Assembly (NCBI GenBank): GCA_020849495.1
Contig: JADLGD010000029.1
Coordinates: 58,439-122,438 of the forward strand
Direction of reading: 5' to 3'
Length of the DNA: 64,000 nucleotides
Origin: Fluviicola sp.
GTDB taxonomy: Bacteria; Bacteroidota; Bacteroidia; Flavobacteriales_D; Crocinitomicaceae
The notes under the pieces were generated by a model. The model saw nothing but the letters and a program-made list of their open reading frames with translations. It did not search any database and was not told the origin of the DNA. Shown one piece after another: positions 38,172 through 48,793 of the stretch. The position numbers and the translations under genes are program-made. Numbering within the stretch: the first letter of the stretch is position 1; every line of letters begins with the position of its first letter.

Positions 38172-40067
38172 TTATTGTTGAATCATCAATTTTTGATTCA
38201 ACACTTCAGAAGTCGTTTCTAGTCTAAGAATATACTCTCCTGTGATGAAATCTTGTACACTAATTGTCAGTTCCCCAGTGAAGGTGAAATGTTGTTTTTC
38301 AAAAACAATTTTACCAAGGAGGTCAATGATCTGAACAGAAACCACATCACTAGGTATAGCTGAAATGGTTACTGAAGTTGAACTAGGATTTGGGAAAATC
38401 ACAAATGAATTTTTCAAGGATTCATTCAAATCAGCACATGCATCTACCGTAATTACAACACTTGCTGAATTGGAACAATCATTTGCATCAGTGTAATTAT
38501 AAGTCAATGTATTGCTACCAATGTGTCCGCTTGGATCAAAAGAGTTACCAGTCACACCGGTTCCAGTCCAAGTACCTCCAACTGGCGTTCCAGTTAAAGT
38601 AGCATCTACAGCGTATTCACATAAATCTAATGAAGAGCTTTGAGTAGTAACAGTTGGGTTTGGATGAATTGTCACAGTTATTGTATCACTTGCTGAACAT
38701 CCACTTGAATCAGTAACCATTACAGAATAATCTCCAGAATTTGACACTGAATTAAATTGATTTACGCCACTATTTGACCAAGAATAAGCCGCAAATCCAG
38801 CTCCAGCATCAAGCATAACTGTTCCCTCACATTGTTCTACATCTGTTCCTAAATCAACGCTTGGTAATGATAACAATGGGATCGTCAAAGTATCGCCGCT
38901 CACACAACCATTTGAATCAGTTCCTTGAACTGTAATCGTATTGGTAGCTGTAGATTGATAATTAATCGTTGAAGTAACTTCACCATTAGACCAAACATAA
39001 TCTAAAGCACCAGTTACATCTAATTGAATGGTATCATTTTCACAAACTCCATTTGGATTCGATGAAGAAATACTTACAACTGGATTTGCTATCGGAGAAA
39101 ATACCAATGTATCTGCTCCTGAACAACCCAAAGCGTTTGTACCATTCACGATTAAGGTAGTTACAGAATCAATAAAATAGGTTTCTGAAAGCGCAACTGA
39201 ACCCGTATTCCAAGTGTAATTATCTGCTCCAGAAACGTTAAAATCAACATTTCCCGATTCACAAACTGTAGGTACATTTGAAGTAATAGCAACCGCCAAA
39301 TCTTGAACCTGAGCAGTAAAAGCTACAGTGTCCGAGATACATACTTCTGAAAAATACAAGTTTACACGAGAAATGGAGCCAGCAGCTTCCGTCCATAATT
39401 GTTGAGGTGCAGTTGTAGTTAATGGGAATTGCATCCCTAAACGACTGATGGTCGTTGCTTGCCCTAAAATGGTTGTTGCAAAATTACCTGTACCATAAGA
39501 ACAAACTGTCGCTCTCTGACCTAATACACCAATAATATCTCCTGGTTGAATCAAAATATTTAAAGGAATAATACCTGCTGTAGGATCGTTTTGAGTCAAG
39601 TAGAGAACTTCAAAATCATTCGTTGTAGTAGAATAAAGTGGCGGATTTGCATTAAAACGCACTATTGCAATACTTTGAGCACCAGTTGAAGCATCCGTTG
39701 GTACATCCACTCCAGTAATCATCGCTTGCACGGGAGAAATGAAATAATACCCTCTTACATTTCCAGTAAATGTACTTGATTGTGCTGAAACAGCCATCGG
39801 GGATTGCGTTCCCAATGTATATTCTTGAACACCAATTGTCGTATCACCAATTAATTGATTGATTTGAAAAGAGCTTCCAATTCCAATCAAACTGTCAGCA
39901 GCTGCATTGTTGTAAAAGAAATAATTCCCCCCACCTACAGGCTGAAAAAGAGCGTCACTTCCACAACTGACATTTAAGGTTGGCGCTTGTGGATCTGCTG
40001 GTGCAACACATTGTGCACTTAGATAGATGGGTAATAAAAATAAAAGTGAAGTAATAATTTTTTTCAT
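38172..40067 (-). CDS. T9SS type A CTD protein with Ig-like/PKD-like repeats
   Basis: Signal peptide; repeats C...YTW..G.......V.GT...GC; CTD IFPNPSST...GEYILRL. Confidence 0.85.
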   Translation of the reverse strand: MKKIITSLLFLLPIYLSAQCVAPADPQAPTLNVSCGSDALFQPVGGGNYFFYNNAAADSLIGIGSSFQINQLIGDTTIGVQEYTLGTQSPMAVSAQSSTFTGNVRGYYFISPVQAMITGVDVPTDASTGAQSIAIVRFNANPPLYSTTTNDFEVLYLTQNDPTAGIIPLNILIQPGDIIGVLGQRATVCSYGTGNFATTILGQATTISRLGMQFPLTTTAPQQLWTEAAGSISRVNLYFSEVCISDTVAFTAQVQDLAVAITSNVPTVCESGNVDFNVSGADNYTWNTGSVALSETYFIDSVTTLIVNGTNALGCSGADTLVFSPIANPVVSISSSNPNGVCENDTIQLDVTGALDYVWSNGEVTSTINYQSTATNTITVQGTDSNGCVSGDTLTIPLLSLPSVDLGTDVEQCEGTVMLDAGAGFAAYSWSNSGVNQFNSVSNSGDYSVMVTDSSGCSASDTITVTIHPNPTVTTQSSSLDLCEYAVDATLTGTPVGGTWTGTGVTGNSFDPSGHIGSNTLTYNYTDANDCSNSASVVITVDACADLNESLKNSFVIFPNPSSTSVTISAIPSDVVSVQIIDLLGKIVFEKQHFTFTGELTISVQDFITGEYILRLETTSEVLNQKLMIQQ

Positions 40068-40103
40068 TCGAAATTCAGTTAATAGTTTGGTACAAAAATA
40101 AGA

Positions 40104-40125
40104 AAGACTGATCGAAATCAGTCTT
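40104..40125 (-). terminator. Intrinsic terminator after the adhesin gene
   Basis: AAGACTGAT-cgaa-ATCAGTCTT stem with a T-rich tail on the minus strand. Confidence 0.7.
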
Positions 40126-40149
40126 CCTGTAAAATATTTCTAGATTGTT

Positions 40150-42951
40150 TTATCTAGTCAACTGAACAAATCCTTGTCCAGTTATTGTTTTAGTATCTTT
40201 TCCTACAATGGTGTATTGGAAGAAATAAGTTCCTTCTGAAGCACCATCTCCTGACCATTTATCGGTAAAATCATTGATTTCATACATCACATTACCCCAT
40301 CTGTTTTGAATTTGAACTTCAATTGAAACAGCATTGGTTGCATCAATGTAAAAAGCATCATTTTCACCATCATTGTTTGGAGTGAAAACATTTGGAACAT
40401 GAACGATTACCGGCTCATAAGGAATTACGATTACTTCGATTTGCGCATCGTCATCACAAACACCATTCGATGCTGTCAAGACGACAGTGTAAGTTCCTGG
40501 AGAATTAAAGGTACTCGTGAAAATATCAGTTAGATTCGTTGAATTATCCACCAATCCATTATCGAAATCAATTGAATAGTTCGTTGCAAATTGAGAGTTG
40601 TTTGTAAAATCAACTGTCAAACCAGGATAACCAGATAATGGGTCTGTTGAACTGACGCCAGCTACTGGAACTGGTAGAACAGTTACGGTAACGGTACTTG
40701 TATTCACACAGCCATTCGCATCTGTTCCTGTTACAGTGTATTGTAAATTTCCAATTGCAGGTTGAAATGCTTGGTTATTGATTACACCATTATTCCAAGT
40801 ATATGTTACACCTCCCGATCCAGAAAGAATCACTTGATCACCAGCACAAACAGTTTGGTTAGAACCAGCTAAAATTGTTGGTAATGCATTCACTGTGACC
40901 GTTACTTGATCCGTATTCTGACAACCTAGTGCATTGGTTCCTGTAACTGTATAGGTATTTGTTGCATTTGGTGTAAACGCTACTCCATTTGTAACACCAT
41001 TGTTCCAAGTATAAGTAACACCTCCTGAACCATTCAAAGTCACCTGTCCACCAGCACAAACCGATTGTGCAGAACCAGCATCAATAGCAGGTAAAGCATT
41101 TACAGTTACTGTTACATTATCTGTATTCTGACAACCATTTCCATCTGTTCCAGTTAGTGTATATGTGTTTGTAGCAGCAGGAGTAAATGCTACTCCATCA
41201 GTTACTCCATTATCCCAAGTGTAAGAAACACCATTTGAACCGTTTAAAGTTACTTGATCGCCAGTACAAACAGATTGAGCTAATCCAGCATCAATAGCTG
41301 GCAAAGCAAACACGGTAACAGTTACCACATCCGTATTTTGACAACCACTAGCATCGGTTCCAGTTACAGTATAATTCGTTGTTGAAGCTGGAGTAAATGC
41401 CACACCATCTGTAACACCATTGTTCCATGTGTATGAAACACCACCAGAACCGTTCAATGTAACTTGCGTACCTGGACAAACCGATTGAGGAGACCCAGCA
41501 TCAATAACAGGAAGTGGACCTACTGATACAGTTACTTGATCCGTATTTTGACAGCCATTACCATCTGTTCCAGTAACCGTGTAAGTTGTTGTTGCAGGTG
41601 GTGTAAATGCTACTCCATTCGTTACCCCATTATCCCAAGTGTAAGATACAGCACCGCTTCCTGACAAAGTAACTGAACTTCCACCACAAGCAGATTGATT
41701 TGGTCCTGCATCAACTGTAGGAAGAGCAATTACAACTGATGTTGTGTCATCAGATGAACAAGTCACTCCTCCAAAAGTAGTTGTTGCAGTTAAAATATAA
41801 TCTGTTGTTCCTACAGGAGAAACAGCAGATGCATTTGCATTTGTAGCATTCGTAATCGCAACAGCAGATAAATTTGTCCACAATAAAGTGGTAGTTGCAT
41901 TAACTGTTATTGGTGTAGTGAAATCTGTACTTTGAGGCACAGAGAAAATTGATGCCGTACCTGCAGAACAGGAATTATCATTGATAGAAGAGTTAATTGC
42001 TCCAGAAGAATAAGTAAACGTAGTTGGAGAACCACACAATGAAGTTAAGTTACTAAATGTAATAGATGCGTTCGTCAAAGATCCCACATCGGCACCAATA
42101 CAATCATAAATTTGCACTTTCCAGCCACCCTCTGTAGCATTGCAACCATATAATGGAGACCAATTGATACTAACATTATCTCCAAAAGAAGATGAATAAC
42201 CAGAATATGTACCCGTTAACGGAACAGCTGCACTACAGGGCTCAATGTTTCCAACCATGTTGGTCGTAAAACAAAGATTATTGACATTGTTACCACCATT
42301 ACAACAGCATCCGTTACCACTATTAATAAGCTCTGGATGTGGCATTAACGGAATAGTTGGACTCCCACAACCCGGAGGTCCTACCAAATAAAATCCTAAA
42401 TCAGAAACATAGGTATGAGTTGCTGTAAAGCAAACCGTTATGGTTGTAGAAGGGTTTATCAATGATTGCGGTGGCGGCGGATTGTAATAAGAAAAATTTC
42501 CGGATGTATTAACTGTGCCGTTTAGTGCCGTATTGGAACAGCTTGTAACAGAGTTGTTAGCAACTACCTGTGTATTCAAATTCCACACCCATGCCATAAA
42601 GCAGTTCACAAGCGCATTGGAAGCGTCTCTAATTTCAACACGATATCCATCACTTGGTAAATTATTGATGGTAGAAGTCATTCCCGTCTGTGTGATGTAT
42701 GGTTCCCACGAAAAAGTGGTTTGATCATGGAAAAACCAATTGAATGTATAAGGCCCTACTCCTGAATTTGGCGTTGCCGTTAAGCTCGCTTGATTCAATC
42801 CCATTACATCTCCACACCAAATAAAAATATTATCATTAGGTGCTCCATTGGTGTATGCCGTAGAAGTCACACCAGAATTACCGTTGGCCGTAATCTGACC
42901 TAATGCCATAGACGTCCAGCCCAAGGCAACCATTAACCACCAAACTCTCAT
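40150..42951 (-). CDS. T9SS type B CTD (gliding-motility CHU_C) surface protein with a P-domain-like region, 5 Ig-like repeats and PKD
   Basis: HTYVSDLGFYL...WKVQIYD..GADVGSL (P-domain-like); C-terminal VPNVFTPNNDGENDAF...NRWG...GTYFF...GFVQLTR. Confidence 0.88.
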   Translation of the reverse strand: MRVWWLMVALGWTSMALGQITANGNSGVTSTAYTNGAPNDNIFIWCGDVMGLNQASLTATPNSGVGPYTFNWFFHDQTTFSWEPYITQTGMTSTINNLPSDGYRVEIRDASNALVNCFMAWVWNLNTQVVANNSVTSCSNTALNGTVNTSGNFSYYNPPPPQSLINPSTTITVCFTATHTYVSDLGFYLVGPPGCGSPTIPLMPHPELINSGNGCCCNGGNNVNNLCFTTNMVGNIEPCSAAVPLTGTYSGYSSSFGDNVSINWSPLYGCNATEGGWKVQIYDCIGADVGSLTNASITFSNLTSLCGSPTTFTYSSGAINSSINDNSCSAGTASIFSVPQSTDFTTPITVNATTTLLWTNLSAVAITNATNANASAVSPVGTTDYILTATTTFGGVTCSSDDTTSVVIALPTVDAGPNQSACGGSSVTLSGSGAVSYTWDNGVTNGVAFTPPATTTYTVTGTDGNGCQNTDQVTVSVGPLPVIDAGSPQSVCPGTQVTLNGSGGVSYTWNNGVTDGVAFTPASTTNYTVTGTDASGCQNTDVVTVTVFALPAIDAGLAQSVCTGDQVTLNGSNGVSYTWDNGVTDGVAFTPAATNTYTLTGTDGNGCQNTDNVTVTVNALPAIDAGSAQSVCAGGQVTLNGSGGVTYTWNNGVTNGVAFTPNATNTYTVTGTNALGCQNTDQVTVTVNALPTILAGSNQTVCAGDQVILSGSGGVTYTWNNGVINNQAFQPAIGNLQYTVTGTDANGCVNTSTVTVTVLPVPVAGVSSTDPLSGYPGLTVDFTNNSQFATNYSIDFDNGLVDNSTNLTDIFTSTFNSPGTYTVVLTASNGVCDDDAQIEVIVIPYEPVIVHVPNVFTPNNDGENDAFYIDATNAVSIEVQIQNRWGNVMYEINDFTDKWSGDGASEGTYFFQYTIVGKDTKTITGQGFVQLTR
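40670..41724 (-). repeat. Five tandem ~210-bp (70-aa) Ig-like repeats within the adhesin
   Basis: LP.IDAG..QSVC.G.QVTL.GS.GVSYTW.NGVT.GVAFTP...YTVTGTD..GCQNTD.VTV, five copies. Confidence 0.92.
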
Positions 42952-43253
42952 TACTTAAAAGAATTTAGTTCCTTAATACGATCATTGATTTGCAGTAACT
43001 GATCTTGATAGATCGGCATTGATTCCTCAGTCGCAGATTTCATTTTAACAGCTAAAATGTTTTTAGCATCCAAACAAGCCTCTATCGTCCATTTTGAAAT
43101 GGGAACAATTTCAGATGTCGCAATTGTAGGCTGAGAAACAACCTTTCCTTCAACACCGATAGCTTCATTAACAACAACTCCGTTAGATTGAGTTGTTTGA
43201 GCTTTTAATGCGAATAGGCTCATAGACAGAGCACCAGTCAACAATAGTTTCAT
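42951..43253 (-). CDS. Small secreted hypothetical protein, translationally coupled to the adhesin
   Basis: Signal peptide MKLLLTGALSMSLFALKA; TAATG overlap at 42951. Confidence 0.7.
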   Translation of the reverse strand: MKLLLTGALSMSLFALKAQTTQSNGVVVNEAIGVEGKVVSQPTIATSEIVPISKWTIEACLDAKNILAVKMKSATEESMPIYQDQLLQINDRIKELNSFK

Positions 43254-43433
43254 AGTAGTAGTAGTATAAAATGTAGTTTAGTAGATTTTGTAAACGCCCA
43301 AAAATAAGAAAAGGTTGCAGTAAATGAAAAAAATTAACACAACGGCCTGAATATTTGTTTGAATACCATAAAAATGGTATTTTTGTGCCGAAAACGTGCT
43401 TTATTTAAAATTAATCTAAATAAAGAAAAGGAT

Positions 43434-43757
43434 ATGATACAAGTTACTGAACAAGCAAAAAAGCAAGCTATTCGTCTAATGGAAGATGATGGCAAAGAAG
43501 GATTTTTCATCCGTGTAGGTGTACAAGGTGGTGGATGTTCTGGATTGATGTATCAACTCACTTTTGATAACGAAGAGCGTCCAGACGACAAAGTATTTGA
43601 GAACAATGGAATCAAAGTAGTTGTTGATAAGAAAAGCTTTTTGTACTTGGTGGGAACCACTTTAGATTTTTCAGGTGGTTTGAACGGGAAAGGTTTTGTT
43701 TTCTCTAATCCAAATGCAGGAAGAACTTGCGGTTGTGGGGAATCATTTTCCCTTTAA
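43434..43757 (+). CDS. sufA: A-type Fe-S carrier (HesB/IscA/SufA family)
   Basis: GGGCSGLMY and CGCGESF. Start moved to 43434; -7 element TATTTTTG at 43378-43385. Confidence 0.88.
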   Translation: MIQVTEQAKKQAIRLMEDDGKEGFFIRVGVQGGGCSGLMYQLTFDNEERPDDKVFENNGIKVVVDKKSFLYLVGTTLDFSGGLNGKGFVFSNPNAGRTCGCGESFSL

Positions 43758-43774
43758 TTTACATACAATAGAAC

Positions 43775-45220
43775 ATGGGATATACTGAAAACGACTTAGC
43801 AAAAGACTTAGAGAACTCTGAGTACAAGTTTGGTTTTACCACCAATATTGAGTCGGATAAAGCTCCAATAGGTTTAAATGAAGACATTATTCGCTTCATT
43901 TCAGCTAAAAAAAATGAACCCGAATGGTTGTTGGAATTCCGCTTGAAAAGTTTCAAGATCTGGCAAGAAATGACGGAACCCAACTGGGCACATATTCATT
44001 ACAACAAACCAGATTTCCAAGCAATTTCTTATTATTCGGCTCCAAAGCAAACGAAGAAATACGAAAGCTGGGACGATGTTGATCCAGAAATGAAAGCTAC
44101 CATGGCGAAATTGGGGATTTCATTGGAAGAACAACAACGTTTGACGGGTGTAGCTGTAGACTTTGTAATGGATTCTGTATCTGTTGCAACAAGTTTCAAG
44201 TCTAAGTTGAAAGAATTAGGAATTATTTTCTGTTCTTTTTCTGAAGCTGTCCAAGAATACCCTGAATTGATTCAAAAATACATGGGGTCTGTGGTTCCAG
44301 TTACAGATAACTTTTATGCAGCTTTAAATAGTGCTGTTTTCACAGACGGTTCGTTCTGTTACATTCCCAAAGGAGTAAGATGTCCCATGGAACTCTCTAC
44401 TTACTTCCGAATCAATGAAGCTAACACTGGTCAATTTGAACGCACATTGGTTGTTGCGGACGAAGGTTCGTATGTTTCTTATTTGGAAGGTTGTACTGCT
44501 CCTCAACGCGACGAAAACCAATTACACGCAGCTGTTGTTGAATTGATCGCATTGAATGATGCAGAAATCAAATATTCAACGGTTCAAAACTGGTATCCGG
44601 GAGATAAAAACGGTGATGGTGGTGTATTTAACTTTGTTACCAAACGTGGAATTTGTGAACGCAATGCCAAAATCTCTTGGACACAAGTGGAGACTGGTTC
44701 TGCTGTCACATGGAAATACCCTTCTTGTATTCTAAAAGGAGATAATTCAATCGGTGAGTTCTATTCAGTTGCTGTAACAAACAACTATCAACAAGCTGAT
44801 ACAGGTACCAAAATGATTCACCTTGGTAAAAACACGAAGAGTACGATCATCTCGAAAGGTATTTCTGCAGGAAAATCACACAATTCTTATAGAGGATTGG
44901 TTCAAATACATAAAAACGCACAAAACGCTCGCAACTTTTCACAATGTGATTCCTTGTTGATGACTGATGAATGCGGTGCACATACGTTTCCTTACATCGA
45001 ATGTAAGAATCCAAGTGCGAAAATTGAACACGAAGCAACAACTTCCAAAATTGGTGAAGATCAAATTTTCTACTGTTTACAAAGAGGGATTTCTGAAGAA
45101 AAAGCCATCAGCTTAATTGTAAATGGATATTGCAAAGAAGTGTTGAATCAACTTCCAATGGAGTTTGCTGTTGAAGCACAAAAATTATTATCGATTAGTT
45201 TAGAAGGATCGGTAGGGTAA
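43775..45220 (+). CDS. sufB: Fe-S cluster assembly protein SufB
   Basis: [35 protein letters not shown]. Confidence 0.97.
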   Translation: MGYTENDLAKDLENSEYKFGFTTNIESDKAPIGLNEDIIRFISAKKNEPEWLLEFRLKSFKIWQEMTEPNWAHIHYNKPDFQAISYYSAPKQTKKYESWDDVDPEMKATMAKLGISLEEQQRLTGVAVDFVMDSVSVATSFKSKLKELGIIFCSFSEAVQEYPELIQKYMGSVVPVTDNFYAALNSAVFTDGSFCYIPKGVRCPMELSTYFRINEANTGQFERTLVVADEGSYVSYLEGCTAPQRDENQLHAAVVELIALNDAEIKYSTVQNWYPGDKNGDGGVFNFVTKRGICERNAKISWTQVETGSAVTWKYPSCILKGDNSIGEFYSVAVTNNYQQADTGTKMIHLGKNTKSTIISKGISAGKSHNSYRGLVQIHKNAQNARNFSQCDSLLMTDECGAHTFPYIECKNPSAKIEHEATTSKIGEDQIFYCLQRGISEEKAISLIVNGYCKEVLNQLPMEFAVEAQKLLSISLEGSVG

Positions 45221-45300
45221 GACAATTAAAAATGATCAATTATCAAGTCGAATTTTAAGCTTGTTAATTCATCATTCAACAATTCATAATTGAAGACAGG

Positions 45301-46053
45301 ATGTTAAAAATAAACAACTTACATGCGTCGATTGACGGGAAAGAAATACTAAAAGGGTTAAATCTTGAAGTAAAAGCTGGTGAAGTACATGCGATCATGG
45401 GTCCAAATGGTGCTGGAAAAAGTACCTTGGCTTCAATCTTAGCTGGAAGAGAAGAATACGAAGTTACTGAAGGTTCTGTAGATTTTGATGGAAAAGACCT
45501 ATTGGAATTGGCAACTGAAGACCGTGCTCGCGAAGGCTTGTTTCTTGCATTTCAATATCCTGTTGAAATTCCAGGTGTTTCAAATGTGAATTTCTTGCGA
45601 ACAGCTTTGAATGAAATTCGCGAATACCGCGGCGAAGAACAAATCTCTGCAAAAGATTTCATGGCATTGGTTCGTGAAAAATCTGCCATCGTTGAATTGG
45701 ATGCAAAATTAGCTTCTCGCTCTGTAAATGAAGGTTTTTCTGGAGGTGAAAAAAAACGCAATGAAATTTTCCAAATGGCCATGCTCGATCCGAAATTAGC
45801 TATCTTGGATGAAACAGATTCAGGTTTGGACATTGATGCGCTTCGTATTGTTGCAAATGGTGTCAACACTTTGAAATCTGCCGAAAACGCAACAATCGTT
45901 ATCACCCATTACCAACGTTTATTGGATTACATCGTTCCTGATTTTGTTCATGTACTTTATAACGGTCAAATCGTTAAATCCGGTCCAAAAGAATTGGCTT
46001 TGGAATTAGAAGAAAAAGGATACGATTGGATCAAAGCAGAATTTTCAATTTAA
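45301..46053 (+). CDS. sufC: Fe-S cluster assembly ATPase SufC
   Basis: GPNGAGKST, FSGGEKKRNE, LDETDSGLDIDA. Confidence 0.97.
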   Translation: MLKINNLHASIDGKEILKGLNLEVKAGEVHAIMGPNGAGKSTLASILAGREEYEVTEGSVDFDGKDLLELATEDRAREGLFLAFQYPVEIPGVSNVNFLRTALNEIREYRGEEQISAKDFMALVREKSAIVELDAKLASRSVNEGFSGGEKKRNEIFQMAMLDPKLAILDETDSGLDIDALRIVANGVNTLKSAENATIVITHYQRLLDYIVPDFVHVLYNGQIVKSGPKELALELEEKGYDWIKAEFSI

Positions 46054-46063
46054 GCTGGAACAC

Positions 46064-47329
46064 ATGGATGTGATGGAAAAAGACACCGCTACACAGGTGA
46101 ATTGGAAAATGAATGATGCTTTTATTCTCAATCAGTCATTGCGTAATGACGCACTAGCTGTTTTAGAAAATACTGCATTTCCAACTACAAGAACAGAAGC
46201 TTGGAAATATACCCGTTTGACAAAAATCAAAAATGCGAGTTATCAAACAACACAAGCAATTGAGTTAACAAGAACAGTAGGTTTAGATCCAAACGCTATC
46301 AAATTAGTGTTTGTCAATGGACATTTTAATGCAGCCCTTTCAAGTAAATCACTTCCTGATGGATTGAAATTGATTCCTTTATCACAAATGGATCCAGCTG
46401 AATTAATGGCATTGGGAAATACGACTGAAAATCCGGAAGAATTATTTACGGCTATCAACACGGCTTATACCACTGATGGAAGTTATTTACATGTTTCAGC
46501 GAAGGTGAACATTGAGCCAACAATTGAATTGATTCATGTTTCAACAGGCGAACAACACATTTCGAATATTCGTCATTTTATCACCGTTGAAGCTTTCTCA
46601 AAAGCAGCTGTAGTACAACATTTTTTATCGGAAAATGCTACCGACTGTTTTTGCAATGTTGTAACAGAAATAGCTGTTGCAAAAAATGCGCATCTGACAA
46701 TTGACAAATTACAAGAAGCTGCAGATTCAAATCATTTCATAGGTACTGAAAACGTCAAACAACAACAAGATTCTGTTTTCACAATTAACACGATTACCTT
46801 GAATGGTGGTATTGTCCGCAATAATTTAAATATCAAAGTTGCAGGTTCGAATTGTGAAACGAATTTAAATGGCGCTTACATCCTTAAAGGAAATCAACAC
46901 GTCGATAATCATACGGTTGTGGATCATTTGGTGGCACATTGTAATTCAAATGAATTGTACAAAGGAGTGATCGATGGTAAAGCAACTGCTGTTTTCAATG
47001 GTAAAGTGTTCGTTCGCAAAGACGCACAAAAAATCAATGCTTTCCAATCAAACGGAAATGTTTTATTGAGTGATGACGCAACAGTAAACAGCAAACCAGA
47101 ATTGGAAATTTATGCAGATGATGTAAAATGTTCTCACGGTTCAACTACTGGTCAATTAGATGAAGAAGCAATTTTTTACTTGCGTGCAAGAGGAATTGGC
47201 GAACATGCTGCAAAACAATTAATGGTTGGAGCTTTTGTTGGAGAAGTATTTGAAAAAATTGAAAACGAAGCTTTTTTAAATCGTATCAATGAAATTCTAA
47301 CTGAACGCTTTTCTTGGAACATCGACTAA
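46064..47329 (+). CDS. sufD: Fe-S cluster assembly protein SufD
   Basis: FPTTRTEAWKYT, PELEIYADDVKCSHG, FYLRARGI. Confidence 0.95.
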   Translation: MDVMEKDTATQVNWKMNDAFILNQSLRNDALAVLENTAFPTTRTEAWKYTRLTKIKNASYQTTQAIELTRTVGLDPNAIKLVFVNGHFNAALSSKSLPDGLKLIPLSQMDPAELMALGNTTENPEELFTAINTAYTTDGSYLHVSAKVNIEPTIELIHVSTGEQHISNIRHFITVEAFSKAAVVQHFLSENATDCFCNVVTEIAVAKNAHLTIDKLQEAADSNHFIGTENVKQQQDSVFTINTITLNGGIVRNNLNIKVAGSNCETNLNGAYILKGNQHVDNHTVVDHLVAHCNSNELYKGVIDGKATAVFNGKVFVRKDAQKINAFQSNGNVLLSDDATVNSKPELEIYADDVKCSHGSTTGQLDEEAIFYLRARGIGEHAAKQLMVGAFVGEVFEKIENEAFLNRINEILTERFSWNID

Positions 47330-47422
47330 TCCGAAATAAAAAACGAGCAAATTCAAATCCTAGGCAGTCATGTTTGGGATTTTTCTTTTCACTACCTTTT
47401 TCTTTCTGTGTATTTTTGCTAC

Positions 47423-48166
47423 ATGGAAGAACGCTTAGACAAGCTTTTAGTAGATCGTGGTTTGGTTACTTCACGCACCAGAGGTGAAGAATTGATCAAA
47501 AATGGCGATGTATTGGTAAATGGGATTAGCATTGAAAAACCGGGTAAACGCATTTCTGTGGATGCCAACATCATCCTTTTGAACGAAGAATTAACATGGG
47601 TTTCAAGAGGTGCATTGAAATTATTAAAAGCGCTCGAGACGTTTAAAGTTGCAGTGAAGGGAAAATCTTTCATCGATTTAGGCGCTTCTACTGGCGGTTT
47701 TACGGAAGTCTTATTGAAAAACGATGCAACAACAGTCTTTTGTGTAGATGTTGGACATGGTCAGTTGCATGAACGCATACAAGCAGATACGCGAGTTGTA
47801 AACATCGAAAAAACACATATTCGTGAATTGACAGCACATCACGTTCCAGCACCAGTAGATGGAATGGTCATCGATGTTTCGTTCATCTCCCTTGAAAAGG
47901 TTTTGCCTTTCACCACACAGTTTTTGAAACCAAACGGAGAACTGATTGTATTGATCAAGCCTCAATTTGAATTGGAGCGAAAAAACCTCAACAAACATGG
48001 AATTGTAAAAAGTGCTGCATTGTACCCTGCAGTTTTAGAACGCATTAAGCGATTTGCAAGTGACGCCAATTTTGAAGTGATTGGAATCATTGACTCGCCA
48101 ATTGTAGGTGGTGATGGAAATAAAGAATTCTTACTATATGCTAGAAAAAAAGAAAGCGCTTCGTGA
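47423..48166 (+). CDS. tlyA: TlyA-family rRNA 2'-O-methyltransferase
   Basis: S4 RLDKLLV; VSRGALKL; DLGASTGGFT; DVSFISL; IKPQFE; GGDGNKEF. Start moved to 47423. Confidence 0.92.
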   Translation: MEERLDKLLVDRGLVTSRTRGEELIKNGDVLVNGISIEKPGKRISVDANIILLNEELTWVSRGALKLLKALETFKVAVKGKSFIDLGASTGGFTEVLLKNDATTVFCVDVGHGQLHERIQADTRVVNIEKTHIRELTAHHVPAPVDGMVIDVSFISLEKVLPFTTQFLKPNGELIVLIKPQFELERKNLNKHGIVKSAALYPAVLERIKRFASDANFEVIGIIDSPIVGGDGNKEFLLYARKKESAS

Positions 48167-48179
48167 GCGCTTTCTTTTT
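48146..48179. terminator. Bidirectional terminator between tlyA and a lipoprotein gene
   Basis: AAAAGAAAGCGCT-tcgtg-AGCGCTTTCTTTT. Confidence 0.85.
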
Positions 48180-48609
48180 ATTGAATCTTTTCAAAAGTCA
48201 AGTAGTCAACTGATTCACCACTATGACTTTTATCTTTCAATTCCAATTTGTCATCAGAATTACTTTCAATTTCCCAGTCATCAGATAAATCATCATAAGG
48301 TGCTGGCAAATTCAAAATAAATTCTACGTGTTTATCATCACTGATATCATCGTCATCTGAATCATTTTCTTTAGCAACATCCCAAGTCCCTACAAAAGTT
48401 GCAGATCCAGTTACTGTCACAGAACCATTATTGGAAAACACAAACGTACTGCTTGACAATGCTGTAGAGAAATCTTCCCCTTCGTCGATGTATTTGGTAA
48501 TGCGCCAAGTTCCCTCAACCATTGCCTTTTCAATGTTTTTGATTTGCTTTTTCTTACATCCTCCAATGAAGAAAGCCATCACAACTACTACTAAACCTAC
48601 TCTTATCAT
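48178..48609 (-). CDS. Lipocalin-like lipoprotein
   Basis: Lipobox IGG-C; GTWRITKY, GTWDV, DDWEI..S...LELK. Confidence 0.7.
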   Translation of the reverse strand: MIRVGLVVVVMAFFIGGCKKKQIKNIEKAMVEGTWRITKYIDEGEDFSTALSSSTFVFSNNGSVTVTGSATFVGTWDVAKENDSDDDDISDDKHVEFILNLPAPYDDLSDDWEIESNSDDKLELKDKSHSGESVDYLTFEKIQ

Positions 48610-48640
48610 TTCTTATTTTTTTTGCAAAGGTATGTAAAAA

Positions 48641-48661
48641 AAGAGGAGCTTAACTCCTCTT
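48641..48661 (-). terminator. Intrinsic terminator downstream of the ECF operon
   Basis: AAGAGGAG-ttaag-CTCCTCTT followed by T7 on the minus strand. Confidence 0.8.
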
Positions 48662-48793
48662 CTTACCAGTTCTACTTGTTTGATTGAAACGCATCATTTG
48701 ATTTTTACAAACCCATTTGGAGATAATGATGCATTTTCTGTTTTTATTTTATGTCAGTATCTCTATGATTCAAACAATCTAAAAAGGTTGGAA

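Noticed and set aside
40670-41724. CRISPR array or non-coding repeat array
   Set aside because: The repeats are in-frame 70-aa protein domains with no spacer structure, and no cas genes are present.
21789-45261. CGAATTTTAAGCT occurring in two intergenic regions (~21789 and ~45249)
   Set aside because: Only two copies of an AT-rich 13-mer, with different contexts and no shared flanks; probably chance.
47423-48166. TlyA as a haemolysin or toxin
   Set aside because: The S4 + FtsJ-type methyltransferase motifs indicate rRNA methylation, and there is no secretion signal.
48706-48735. 9-codon mini-ORF (MHHYLQMGL) inside the candidate sRNA
   Set aside because: Too short to support, and it has no conservation evidence here.
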